DNA from: Patescibacteria group bacterium
Lineage (GTDB): Bacteria > Patescibacteriota > Microgenomatia > UBA1400 > MFAQ01
Length of the DNA: 64,000 bases
Assembly (NCBI GenBank): GCA_943355005.1
Contig: CALRDV010000005.1
Location: forward strand, 4,999 to 68,998
Direction: 5' to 3'
Below, in pieces: positions 54,726 to 63,852 of this stretch. The notes under the pieces were generated by a model. It was not told where the DNA came from. It saw nothing but the letters and a program-made list of their open reading frames with translations, and did no database searches. Within the stretch, counting starts at the first letter, position 1. Every line of letters begins with the position of its first letter. The translations under genes and the position numbers were made by a program.

Positions 54726-57700
54726 AAAACTATTAGTCATAGTCGCCATTATTTTCTTCAGTCTGCCCGGAAAAGCTTCAGCATTCAAGGCAGATACTTT
54801 TGTGACTTTTGCGAATCCTGTCCGCGGTCCGGAAAATTGGCAAGCGGGAAAGCAAGATCCCCTGGCTCTTCCGAAGTTTCAGTATGCCGAGTCTACTCCC
54901 TCCGCTTACCCCATCACCTGGCTACTTCGCTACGATGCAGTCCGAGATTCAACGATGTCCGCTTTTTTCAAGACTCTTTCGGAATCCGACAAGACTCAAA
55001 CCTTAGGTGCCTTTTTGGAGATTACTCCAAAGCTAGCGAGTGATTCGGATGTTTCATACCCTGCCGGCACTACTCCATTCAATGCCAATCGAATTTTCCT
55101 TTCCGGCTACACGACAGACCAAAGGACCAATCTGATCGACACCTTCATGGCAGCTTTCTTTGTGGAGTTCGGTTACTACCCTAAGTCGGTAGGGGCTTGG
55201 CACCTGGATAGTTATAGTCTGCAGTATCTTCAATCAAGATATTCCGTCCTTACTGCCATGAACTGCGACGACCAATACTCTACGGATAATTACCGGATTT
55301 GGGGAGGGTACTTGGGTAGTCCTTATTTCCCTGACAAAAACAATTCCTTAATTCCTGCGAACTCCTCTTCCAATCGAATCAATCTAGCTATGGTTCGCTG
55401 GGCTCAGCGTGATCTCTTTAACTTTTATGGATACCGATCCGAATCTTCTTACTCCGTACAGGTAAACGATTATCTGGCTCAAGGTCAAAACACCAAGTAT
55501 TTCGAAAAACTTTTAGGTCAATATTCTCAGAAGAAAATGAACGAGTTTACCTATATCAATATTGGTCTGGAAAACGACCACAGTCTACTTGAATACAAGT
55601 CCGAAATAAAAAATGTCTACAAACTACTCATTGCCAATCAGGGGACGTACAATCTCCGATTTACCTCTCTTTCTGATTTCGGTGATTGGTTCAAAGCTCG
55701 TTATCCGGAGAGCTCTCCGGCTTATTACTACGAGTCTACGGACCCACTCAGTGCCAGGTCGGGTAAGGTCTACTGGTACCAAAGTCCTTGGTATCGCATT
55801 GGCTTCAAATCCGAAAACGGTAGTACTAAAATCGTTGATTTCCGAGTCTACAATCGCAATGTTTTTGAGGATTATCTCCATACCCCAAATCAAGGTTTAA
55901 ATCTCTATCAGGAGATTCCGGCAGTCATCGATTCCGTCAAATGGCCAGGTACCGAAGCAGTATTGAGCTTTGATATGGAAAAAGCGACCTTTGTTTACTC
56001 GAAGCAGTGGGATTATTGGCAAGTTGCCTTTAAGTCCGGAAATCAAACTCTCACATTGTATCCAGACAAAATTTCCTTCACCGGTTTTTCGGCACCGTCA
56101 ATTTCATCCAAAGACGTAAAGTCTGTTTCCAAGAAAGACACTACCACCTGGGAACTAACTCCTTTCACGCCATTCCAAAAAACTTCCAAATTCACCTGGC
56201 TCTTCTGGCTAGTGGTTATCATTGCCGTGATCAAAATCATCAAAAGATTTAAAAATCCTCCTACTTCGTCATTGCGAGATTCGGTACACCGAACCGAAGC
56301 AATCTCGTCCACAAAAACATCCGTCATTGCGAGGATATTCCCGAAGCAATCTAGCTCATCAACCACTCCAGTATCCGTCATTGCGAGGAGCGAAGTGACG
56401 TGGCAATCCAGGAATTTACTTTTCGGCATTATCATCGCCCTCCTCGCCACCCTTACCGTCCTCCGAAACGGACTCCTTTATCCTTTTGGTATGGGTTTCT
56501 GGGGACCAAATGGACACGACGCCATTTTTCATCTTTCTCTAATCGAAAAATTCGCCACCAACCCCTTTAGTTTTGTTCACCCGCAAATTGCAGGGGAGAA
56601 GATAGCCAATTATCACTTTATTTTTGATTTTATTTCCGGACTTATTGTTAAACTCTTTGGAATATCATCTATTGATCTCTATTTTCGGATTTTCCCTGTC
56701 ATTGCCGGTATCGCTATCGTGTTTCTTCTTGATAAGCTTTTAAAACTCTGGAACTACAACGCTCAAGAAAGATTGCTAGCGATTTTTCTAGCCTTTTTAG
56801 CCGGTTCATTTGGCTTTATCTCCAAGCTCTTTGTGGGGCAGAGTATTTTTGCCGGGGAATCATCTTTCTGGTCCAATCAGTCTGTTTCCATATTTCTAAA
56901 CCCTCCCTACGCCCTCTCACTAATTGTGCTGTTAATTTTTTTACTTCAACTTTCTCGTCATTCCGGGCTTGACCCGGAATCCAGAAATTTGTCATTGCGA
57001 GGAGGTAATCCGACGTGGCAATCTACATCCATCAACCGCCATGATTATTTTCCCCTCATCCTCCTTGGCGCCCTCCTAGCCCAAACAAAAATTTACGCCT
57101 TTATCCTGCTTCTCGGCGCTCTACTATTTTCTAAGAGATACAAGCTCTTTATCGGAGTATTGGTATTAGGTGTTCTTATTTCTTTGCCCTTCACGACTCT
57201 TGGTGGACCGTCTCCGTTTCTTTTCTCACCTCTTTGGTTCCCCAGAAGTCTTTTTGCTTCTTTTGATCGCATGTATTGGCCACAGTTGGTTCAAGCTTGG
57301 CAAGCATACGAGGCTTCAGCGAATTTTGTAAAGTTGGCCTTAGTAAATCTTTTTGCTCTCGTAATTTTTCTTGTAGGCAATCTAGGAATGAGATGTTTTG
57401 GCTTATTGGAAGTAATTAAGACTAAGTCACAATCTGTCTCAGAATCTCTTGTCCGATGGATAATTCTTTTCGGCCTTATCACCCCCATACTTTTTGTCCA
57501 GAATATCAATCCCTGGAACACTATCCAGTTTATGTATTATTCTCTCTTTTTCTTAGCCCTCTTCACTGCCAAGTGGCTTTCAAAACAAAATATATTACTT
57601 TTTCTACCATTGGTATTTCTTGCCACTCTCACCTCCATTGGCACTCTCCAAGACTACATCGGTTTTTTCTCTGCTTCCAGAATTAGTTATTCCGAGCTCT

Positions 57701-58086
57701 TGGCTCTAGACAAATTAAGAGACCAATCAAAAGGAATTGTCCTGGCTCCGCTTTTTAATCAAGCCGAGTCAGGCGCAATTTTTGCCCCCAAGCCTTTGTA
57801 TTCTTATGTTTCCACGGCATATATCTCAGGATTGTCAGGTCAGCCTGAATATCTGGCAGACACAATAAATCTAGACATTACCGGCTTCAACTACACAGAC
57901 CAAGCTAGAGATATTCAACGCTTCTATGTGACAGGGGATAAGCAATGGGCTTTGGATTTCTTATCCAAGAACAAGATTAAATACGTCTACGAAACCCCAC
58001 TCCGGAAAATACATTTAGCTCCGGAGGATCTCAAACTCAAGAAAATCTTTGACTCAGGAGAAATAAACGTATATAAATTTAACTAA
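54718..58086 (+). CDS. Large fusion: secreted putative carbohydrate-active domain + GT-C-like polytopic membrane domain, with five repeat insertions
   Basis: Start placed at ATG 54718; signal peptide; ITWLL, FGYYPKSVGAW, DQYSTD; TM; then HDAIFHL, NYH, NPP, TKIY, WNTIQF. Confidence 0.75.
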   Translation: MFRKLLVIVAIIFFSLPGKASAFKADTFVTFANPVRGPENWQAGKQDPLALPKFQYAESTPSAYPITWLLRYDAVRDSTMSAFFKTLSESDKTQTLGAFLEITPKLASDSDVSYPAGTTPFNANRIFLSGYTTDQRTNLIDTFMAAFFVEFGYYPKSVGAWHLDSYSLQYLQSRYSVLTAMNCDDQYSTDNYRIWGGYLGSPYFPDKNNSLIPANSSSNRINLAMVRWAQRDLFNFYGYRSESSYSVQVNDYLAQGQNTKYFEKLLGQYSQKKMNEFTYINIGLENDHSLLEYKSEIKNVYKLLIANQGTYNLRFTSLSDFGDWFKARYPESSPAYYYESTDPLSARSGKVYWYQSPWYRIGFKSENGSTKIVDFRVYNRNVFEDYLHTPNQGLNLYQEIPAVIDSVKWPGTEAVLSFDMEKATFVYSKQWDYWQVAFKSGNQTLTLYPDKISFTGFSAPSISSKDVKSVSKKDTTTWELTPFTPFQKTSKFTWLFWLVVIIAVIKIIKRFKNPPTSSLRDSVHRTEAISSTKTSVIARIFPKQSSSSTTPVSVIARSEVTWQSRNLLFGIIIALLATLTVLRNGLLYPFGMGFWGPNGHDAIFHLSLIEKFATNPFSFVHPQIAGEKIANYHFIFDFISGLIVKLFGISSIDLYFRIFPVIAGIAIVFLLDKLLKLWNYNAQERLLAIFLAFLAGSFGFISKLFVGQSIFAGESSFWSNQSVSIFLNPPYALSLIVLLIFLLQLSRHSGLDPESRNLSLRGGNPTWQSTSINRHDYFPLILLGALLAQTKIYAFILLLGALLFSKRYKLFIGVLVLGVLISLPFTTLGGPSPFLFSPLWFPRSLFASFDRMYWPQLVQAWQAYEASANFVKLALVNLFALVIFLVGNLGMRCFGLLEVIKTKSQSVSESLVRWIILFGLITPILFVQNINPWNTIQFMYYSLFFLALFTAKWLSKQNILLFLPLVFLATLTSIGTLQDYIGFFSASRISYSELLALDKLRDQSKGIVLAPLFNQAESGAIFAPKPLYSYVSTAYISGLSGQPEYLADTINLDITGFNYTDQARDIQRFYVTGDKQWALDFLSKNKIKYVYETPLRKIHLAPEDLKLKKIFDSGEINVYKFN
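56268..56409 (+). repeat. Cluster of three in-frame type B elements
   Basis: Copies at 56268-56305, 56323-56352 and 56377-56409, read as SLRDSVHRTEAIS, VIARIFPKQS and VIARSEVTWQS. Confidence 0.92.
56957..57024 (+). repeat. In-frame type A + type B element pair
   Basis: Copies at 56957-56982 and 56991-57024, read as RHSGLDPES and SLRGGNPTWQS. Confidence 0.92.
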
Positions 58087-58089
58087 TAC

Positions 58090-59007
58090 ATGTCAAAAAC
58101 GAAAATCTCAGCTGTCGTCAATACACGCAATGAAGCGGATAATATTTTTGATTGTCTAAAAACTTTGGGTTTTTGCGATGAGATCGTGGTGGTTGATATG
58201 GAATCTGAGGATAATACAAAAGAAATAGCCAAGGAGTTTACAGATCGCATTTATGATCACAAGAAAACAGGCTTTGTTGAACCTGCCAGAAACTTTGCTA
58301 TCAAAAAAGCACTTGGGGATTGGATACTTATTGTCGATGCAGACGAGAGAATCCCAAAATCTTTAGCTGTTAAGCTAATCGAAATCGCCAATCTGGACCA
58401 AGCGGATTTTGTCAGGGTCCCCAGAAAAAATATTGTTTTTGGTCAATGGCTTCAGCATTCTCGTTGGTGGCCGGATTACAATATCCGCTTCTTCAAAAAA
58501 GATTCTGTCGAGTGGCAGGAAGAAATTCACTCTGTTCCTATTACGTATGGCAATGGTCTAAATTTGGAGCAAGAATCGGCGATGGCGATAGAGCATCACC
58601 ATTACAGAAGTATCGATGAATACTTTGTTCGTTCTCTTCGATACTCAAATCAACAAGCAAAAGAGCTTATTGAATCGGGTTACAAATTCGAGGCTGCCGA
58701 TTTAATTAAGAAACCCATGGGTGAATTTCTTTCCCGTTTTTTTGCAGGAGAAGGTTACAAGGATGGTCTTCATGGTTTGATAGTTGCCATGCTGCAGTTT
58801 TTCTCCATTTTACTTATCTATCTCAAGGTTTGGCAGTTTGAGGAGCGAAAGCCTATCAAAGGACGCGAGTTTACCCGTGTTTGGCAAGCAGCGTTTTTGG
58901 ATAAATTCAAAGAATTCCGATACTGGTATTTAACTGTTCTCATTCAGAATTCACGCTCAAAAACCGAGGCATTTTTCCTCAAGCTCCGTCGCCGTCTCCA
59001 AAAATAA
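58090..59007 (+). CDS. GT2, WaaE/KdtX-like beta-1,4-glucosyltransferase family
   Basis: TRNEA, DMESEDNT, ARNFA, DADER, WWPD, GYKDG. Confidence 0.88.
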   Translation: MSKTKISAVVNTRNEADNIFDCLKTLGFCDEIVVVDMESEDNTKEIAKEFTDRIYDHKKTGFVEPARNFAIKKALGDWILIVDADERIPKSLAVKLIEIANLDQADFVRVPRKNIVFGQWLQHSRWWPDYNIRFFKKDSVEWQEEIHSVPITYGNGLNLEQESAMAIEHHHYRSIDEYFVRSLRYSNQQAKELIESGYKFEAADLIKKPMGEFLSRFFAGEGYKDGLHGLIVAMLQFFSILLIYLKVWQFEERKPIKGREFTRVWQAAFLDKFKEFRYWYLTVLIQNSRSKTEAFFLKLRRRLQK

Positions 59008-59024
59008 GTTGCTATACTGAAAGC

Positions 59025-59240
59025 ATGATCACAAATGATGAGTTTTCAAAGTTAAGATCCATAATCAAAGAAGAAGCAAATACGGCACTTGAAGAAAAAC
59101 TAAAACCTATCCACAAAAAACTAAATAAGATAGATAGAGATCTGAAAGCCACAAATCACTATTTTGACGGTCGTATTATTGGTCACGAAAAAAGAATCAC
59201 CAAGATCGAGTCACACCTAAATATCTCGACAATATTATAG
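59025..59240 (+). CDS. Small coiled-coil protein
   Basis: Heptad pattern; TGcTATACT 6 nt upstream of the ATG. Confidence 0.7.
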   Translation: MITNDEFSKLRSIIKEEANTALEEKLKPIHKKLNKIDRDLKATNHYFDGRIIGHEKRITKIESHLNISTIL

Positions 59241-59246
59241 TTCACC

Positions 59247-59618
59247 ATGCAAAACAAGGAATTGTTTCCGGGCGAACCCCCGGCATCTTTGTATATATCT
59301 ACAGTGGAGTTTCCGGACGGTATCGAGTTTCTAGTATTCGAAAAAGATGGACGGTTTAGAGAAGGAAAAGATACTTTAAGGATTCTCGATAAGTATATTT
59401 CAAAAATACCCTCTTCTTGGGTAAGCTACCCGGATTCCATCAAGCGAGTTTTATACTCCATGGACAGACTTGGTTTAATGCCGGAAACATTTTACGGACA
59501 AGTTAATTATTACTTTATTTATTGGATAAAAATCGAGATAAATGAGTCTCAATTAACATTATATTTTACCGAAAGTGGCTCTCCGGAAAGGTGGTCACTC
59601 AAGAGTGAGGGTAAATAG
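59247..59618 (+). CDS. Hypothetical protein
   Basis: 123-aa ORF filling the gap; no recognised motif. Confidence 0.55.
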   Translation: MQNKELFPGEPPASLYISTVEFPDGIEFLVFEKDGRFREGKDTLRILDKYISKIPSSWVSYPDSIKRVLYSMDRLGLMPETFYGQVNYYFIYWIKIEINESQLTLYFTESGSPERWSLKSEGK

Positions 59619-59634
59619 AATATAATAAGGCTAG

Positions 59635-60564
59635 ATGAAAATAGCTTTTATTACGGTTAACTTTCACAGTGACGAGGACACTATAGAGGTTGTTTCTCAG
59701 CTTGAGAAGAATGTTTTGCCAAAAGATACCGAGATGACCATCTACTGTGTCGACAACTCCGTTTCCCATGAACTCAAGGAAAGTCTTTCAAAATACCCCC
59801 ATTCTGTCTACCTAAATTCTCCCGGCAATATCGGGTTCGCTGCCGGCAACAATATTGGCTTTAAGCAGGCAATAAAAGACAAGGTCGATATTATCGTTCT
59901 GATAAACAACGATACTGTCGTTCCTTCAGATCTGGTACAGAATATTTTAAATTCTCCAATAGAAAGGGACGATATTGGCGTCGTTGGAGGGCTCATTTAT
60001 TTTGCCAAGGGTTTTGAATTTCACGCTAACTACAAGTCATCGGATCTTGGCAAAGTCATTTGGTATGCCGGGGGCAAACATGATTGGAACAATGTCTACG
60101 CCAGCCATGTCGGAGTAGACGAAGTCGACAAAGGTCAGTACGACAAAATCAGAGACACGGATTTTGTTACCGGTTGTTTGTTCATAGTTCGTAGAGAGGT
60201 TCTGGAAACAGTGGGTTTGTTTGACGAACGATATTGTTTGTATTTCGAAGACTCCGATCTTTGTGCTCGCATCAAAAAAGCCGGCTTCCGGCTTGTTGTA
60301 GATCCACAAGTTAAGCTTTGGCACAAAGTGGCCCAAAGTTCAGGTATCGGCTCTCCCTTAAATGATTACTTTTTAACTCGCAACCGTTTACTTTTTGGGA
60401 CTACGTACGCCACAGCAAGAACCAGGTTTGCTCTCATCAGAGAAGCCATCAAAAAATTATTCAGCGGCACTCCGGCCCAAAAAATTGCCGTCAGAGATTT
60501 TTTCACCGGCAATTTAGGATGGGGTAGCTGGAACAAAAAAGTATCACTGCCGATTAAACAATAA
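59635..60564 (+). CDS. GT2, WbbL-like putative rhamnosyltransferase
   Basis: NIGFAAGNN, NND, TGC, FDERYCLYFEDSD, RNR; rml operon present in the window. Confidence 0.85.
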   Translation: MKIAFITVNFHSDEDTIEVVSQLEKNVLPKDTEMTIYCVDNSVSHELKESLSKYPHSVYLNSPGNIGFAAGNNIGFKQAIKDKVDIIVLINNDTVVPSDLVQNILNSPIERDDIGVVGGLIYFAKGFEFHANYKSSDLGKVIWYAGGKHDWNNVYASHVGVDEVDKGQYDKIRDTDFVTGCLFIVRREVLETVGLFDERYCLYFEDSDLCARIKKAGFRLVVDPQVKLWHKVAQSSGIGSPLNDYFLTRNRLLFGTTYATARTRFALIREAIKKLFSGTPAQKIAVRDFFTGNLGWGSWNKKVSLPIKQ

Positions 60565-60566
60565 AT

Positions 60567-61364
60567 ATGAAATTATCAATTATTATCCTTGCTCGAAACG
60601 TTGCGGAAGAGATAGTTCCGGCAATCAAATCTTCCCAATTTGCCGATGAGGTTATTGTCGTCGATACCGGCTCCACGGATGGGACACAGGAAGTCTGCCG
60701 AAAGTTGGGGGTAAGACTAGTTCAATCCCCTGGAGATAGTTTTGCCAAGTGGCGCAACGATGGTGCAAAGTCCGCCAGAGGTGAATGGCTCTTGTACCTC
60801 GACTCCGATGAGCGTATCCCGGTTAAACTTGCCAAGGAAGTTTTGGCCACAATCGATTCCACCGAATTTTCTGCCTTTACCATTAGCCGCTATGAAGTAT
60901 TCTTGGGTAAACATCTAAATCACTGGGGGGACCCAAGGGTCCTAAGGCTTATGAGAAAAAATTCTCTTAAGCGTTGGGAGGGTAAGCTTCATGAGCAGCC
61001 AAAGATTGTAGGAAAGGTTGGAGATCTTCGTCAGCAAATGGTCCATTTGTCTCACAAAAATATCGATGAAAAAGTACACAGTACTTTAGCCTGGTCAAGA
61101 ATCGAAGCCAAAATGCTTCTGGACGCCGAACATCCTCCCATGGCGGGCTGGCGTTTTATTCGAATAATGTTGACCGAGTTTTGGGATAGATGTATCAAGC
61201 AAGGTTTGTGGCGAGATGGGACCGAGGGCTGGATAGAAATAATTTATCAAATGTTCAGTAAGTACATGACTTACGAACGTCTCTGGGAAATGCAGCGCAA
61301 ACCCTCACTAAAAGAAACCTACAAAAACATCGACAAACAAATACTAGAAGAATGGGAAAAATAA
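60567..61364 (+). CDS. GT2, WaaE/KdtX-like family
   Basis: DTGSTDGT, FAKWRN, DSDER, LHE, WRDG. Confidence 0.88.
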   Translation: MKLSIIILARNVAEEIVPAIKSSQFADEVIVVDTGSTDGTQEVCRKLGVRLVQSPGDSFAKWRNDGAKSARGEWLLYLDSDERIPVKLAKEVLATIDSTEFSAFTISRYEVFLGKHLNHWGDPRVLRLMRKNSLKRWEGKLHEQPKIVGKVGDLRQQMVHLSHKNIDEKVHSTLAWSRIEAKMLLDAEHPPMAGWRFIRIMLTEFWDRCIKQGLWRDGTEGWIEIIYQMFSKYMTYERLWEMQRKPSLKETYKNIDKQILEEWEK

Positions 61365-62791
61365 ATATCTTCGGATTTGTAAAAAAGTATCAATTTTTTA
61401 TTGCCATCGGAATTATAGTTTTCATCTTTTACACCTTCAATCTAAATAGAAGTACTAGATTTATCTGGGATGAATCTAGAGCTTTGGTGGATATGCATCG
61501 GATTTGGGAACAAAAATTAATCACCTTTGTCGGTCCAATCTCGGAAGACAACTTAGAGATGTTCCCTTCACTTAGTTATTATATGTATCTTCCGGGAGCT
61601 ATTCTCACCAAATTTGATCCTCTGGGTCCTGTATACATGGCTGTATTATTTGGAATGTTTGCTTGGATTATATTCACTATCGTAATAGTCAAAAAAATAG
61701 GAATTGGCCTTAAATCATTCCTGTTTTCATTATTTGTTGGTATTCTAAATCCGGTTTTAATAGCCTCTCGATGGGCCTGGAATCCCAACCCGGTAATTTT
61801 TTGGATGATGCTATTCATTTCTTCTTTGTTTTTCGAAACTCCAATTGTTCTGTTTCTTGGCGGAGTGTCACTTGGAGCCACACTATACCACCACTATCTT
61901 GCTGCATTTGGGGTAATCCCAGCTCTAATTTTTCTACCGGTATTCTATAAAAATAATAAACATATTTTTAGAAACATTGGTTTTACAATTTCAGGATTCA
62001 TTTTTTCTATTATTCCATTCGCTCTTTTTGAGATTAAAAATCATTATTTCTTAAACTCTGCAAGTTTTTTGGCATCAAATCAAAAATCATTTACTACATT
62101 TTCTATAATCGGATATTGGGAAAGACTATGGAACTCCATAGTCATTTTTGCAGCGATGTTTTTTCCGAACAACCTTTTCTTTACAATTTTTTGTATTGCT
62201 ATGTTTACAGGATTATTTTTAATTTTCAAAAGGGATAACACGATTAGGTATGCATTTCTATCGTTGGTGTTTTCATTCTTATTATTTGGCTTTGTAAGAG
62301 TTACATATTCTCATTACCAATATATTCAGGTGGGATTTGCCCTTCTATTTGTATTTGGCTATCTAATGGTGACCAAGAGCATGTTTGGAAAGTTCGCTAT
62401 CTCCCTTCTCTTAGTTAGCGCACTGTTTATGGGAATTAGGCAAATAAATCAATTTACCTGGCAAGGGGACATCGATGCTGTCAGGAAAATTTCCAGCATT
62501 ATTTCCTTGGAAACTGAGTCAAAAGTGAATATTGCCGCAATATCGAGTGCGGACCCAAATACTACGGGCCAAAAGTATAGGGACATGCTCTTGATAGGAG
62601 GAAAGACTTTGGATGCTTACAATAAGTATCCCGAGGATAAAGTTCTCTATGTCGTATCAAACAGTCTTGATCAAGCAGAAATTAGAACAGACCCCGCTTG
62701 GGAGATGCAGCCGTTTCGAGGCGCTATAATTACCCATACCTGGAAAGTGAGTAATTATCCGACATATCTATATCGTTTTGAAAAAATATGA
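61352..62791 (+). CDS. ArnT/PMT-like GT-C glycosyltransferase
   Basis: WDESR, FVGP, SRWAWNPN; paralogous to 47098. Confidence 0.8.
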   Translation: MGKINIFGFVKKYQFFIAIGIIVFIFYTFNLNRSTRFIWDESRALVDMHRIWEQKLITFVGPISEDNLEMFPSLSYYMYLPGAILTKFDPLGPVYMAVLFGMFAWIIFTIVIVKKIGIGLKSFLFSLFVGILNPVLIASRWAWNPNPVIFWMMLFISSLFFETPIVLFLGGVSLGATLYHHYLAAFGVIPALIFLPVFYKNNKHIFRNIGFTISGFIFSIIPFALFEIKNHYFLNSASFLASNQKSFTTFSIIGYWERLWNSIVIFAAMFFPNNLFFTIFCIAMFTGLFLIFKRDNTIRYAFLSLVFSFLLFGFVRVTYSHYQYIQVGFALLFVFGYLMVTKSMFGKFAISLLLVSALFMGIRQINQFTWQGDIDAVRKISSIISLETESKVNIAAISSADPNTTGQKYRDMLLIGGKTLDAYNKYPEDKVLYVVSNSLDQAEIRTDPAWEMQPFRGAIITHTWKVSNYPTYLYRFEKI

Positions 62792-63852
62792 AAAAAGCTT
62801 TACTCTTCGACCCATACATGGACACTCTTGGAGGAGGGGAGAGGTACGTTCTCTCCTTCGCTTTGGGTCTGATTAAAAACGGTTACTCCGTCACATTGGC
62901 CTGGAACTCCGACAAAGAGTTGAGAGAAGCCGAAAAACGTTTTGGCCTGGACTTCTCTAAAATTATGGTGGATTCCGCCGCTTACGATCTTTGTAGTCAG
63001 AAATCAGCCTACGCCGAAAGGCTAAACTTCACCAAGGACTATGATCTGATTTTTTGGGTCAGTGATGGCAGTTTGCCTTTTTTGTTCTCCAAAAACAATC
63101 TTATTCATCTTCAAGTTCCATTCAAAAAGTTTGGTTCCAATGCTGTCATTAATAATCTAAAAACTGTATTTGTAAAAAAGTTTGTCTACAACTCCAACTT
63201 TACCAAAGAAGTTTTGGAAAAACAGCTGCCGGCTTCTAAAGGTTTTGTTCTATATCCTCCCATCGATATCGATAAATTATCTTCAGGTGAGAAAGAAAAT
63301 GTCATTCTCTCAGTTGGTCGTTTCGATTCACCTTCTCATAGTAAACGCCAAGATGTTTTGGTTGAAGCTTTTAAAATTCTTTCAAAGAAAAACAAAGATT
63401 TTAAGTTGGTTCTAGCCGGAGGATTAGTTGGAGATGAAACTCTTATGAATAAAATTAAAGCTTCAGCCGAAGGATTGAATATTGAGTTCGTTATCAATCC
63501 GGACTTTACCGAGCTAAAGTCGATGTATTCCAAGTCTAAGTTTTATTGGCACGCCGCCGGCTACGAAGTTGACGAGATGAAAGATCCGGAAAAGGTTGAG
63601 CACTTTGGTATGACCACGGTGGAGGCCATGGCATCCGGTGCAGTCCCCATTGTGATATCCAAAGGTGGCCAGAAGGAAATTGTGACTCCGGAGACGGGAT
63701 TCCTATGTGAAACTCCTGAAGAAATTGCAGACAAAACTCTTTTGCTAATTTCAGACCAAGTAAAGCTTACCGAAATGTCCAAGACTTGCTTAAATAGGTC
63801 AAAGGTCTTTTCTATTGATAATTTTTATGAAAAAATTAAGGTCTTATTATGA
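62788..63852 (+). CDS. GT4 glycosyltransferase
   Basis: GGGERY, YPP, VGRF, KRQD, EHFGMTTVEAM. Confidence 0.9.
   Translation: MKKALLFDPYMDTLGGGERYVLSFALGLIKNGYSVTLAWNSDKELREAEKRFGLDFSKIMVDSAAYDLCSQKSAYAERLNFTKDYDLIFWVSDGSLPFLFSKNNLIHLQVPFKKFGSNAVINNLKTVFVKKFVYNSNFTKEVLEKQLPASKGFVLYPPIDIDKLSSGEKENVILSVGRFDSPSHSKRQDVLVEAFKILSKKNKDFKLVLAGGLVGDETLMNKIKASAEGLNIEFVINPDFTELKSMYSKSKFYWHAAGYEVDEMKDPEKVEHFGMTTVEAMASGAVPIVISKGGQKEIVTPETGFLCETPEEIADKTLLLISDQVKLTEMSKTCLNRSKVFSIDNFYEKIKVLL

Noticed and set aside
23-63782. Short antisense and alternate-frame ORFs in the supplied track (for example 2774-3082, 14327-14605, 34128-34610, 42632-43066, 56043-56450)
   Set aside because: They overlap well-supported genes, lack recognisable motifs, and are explained by low-complexity or palindromic sequence.
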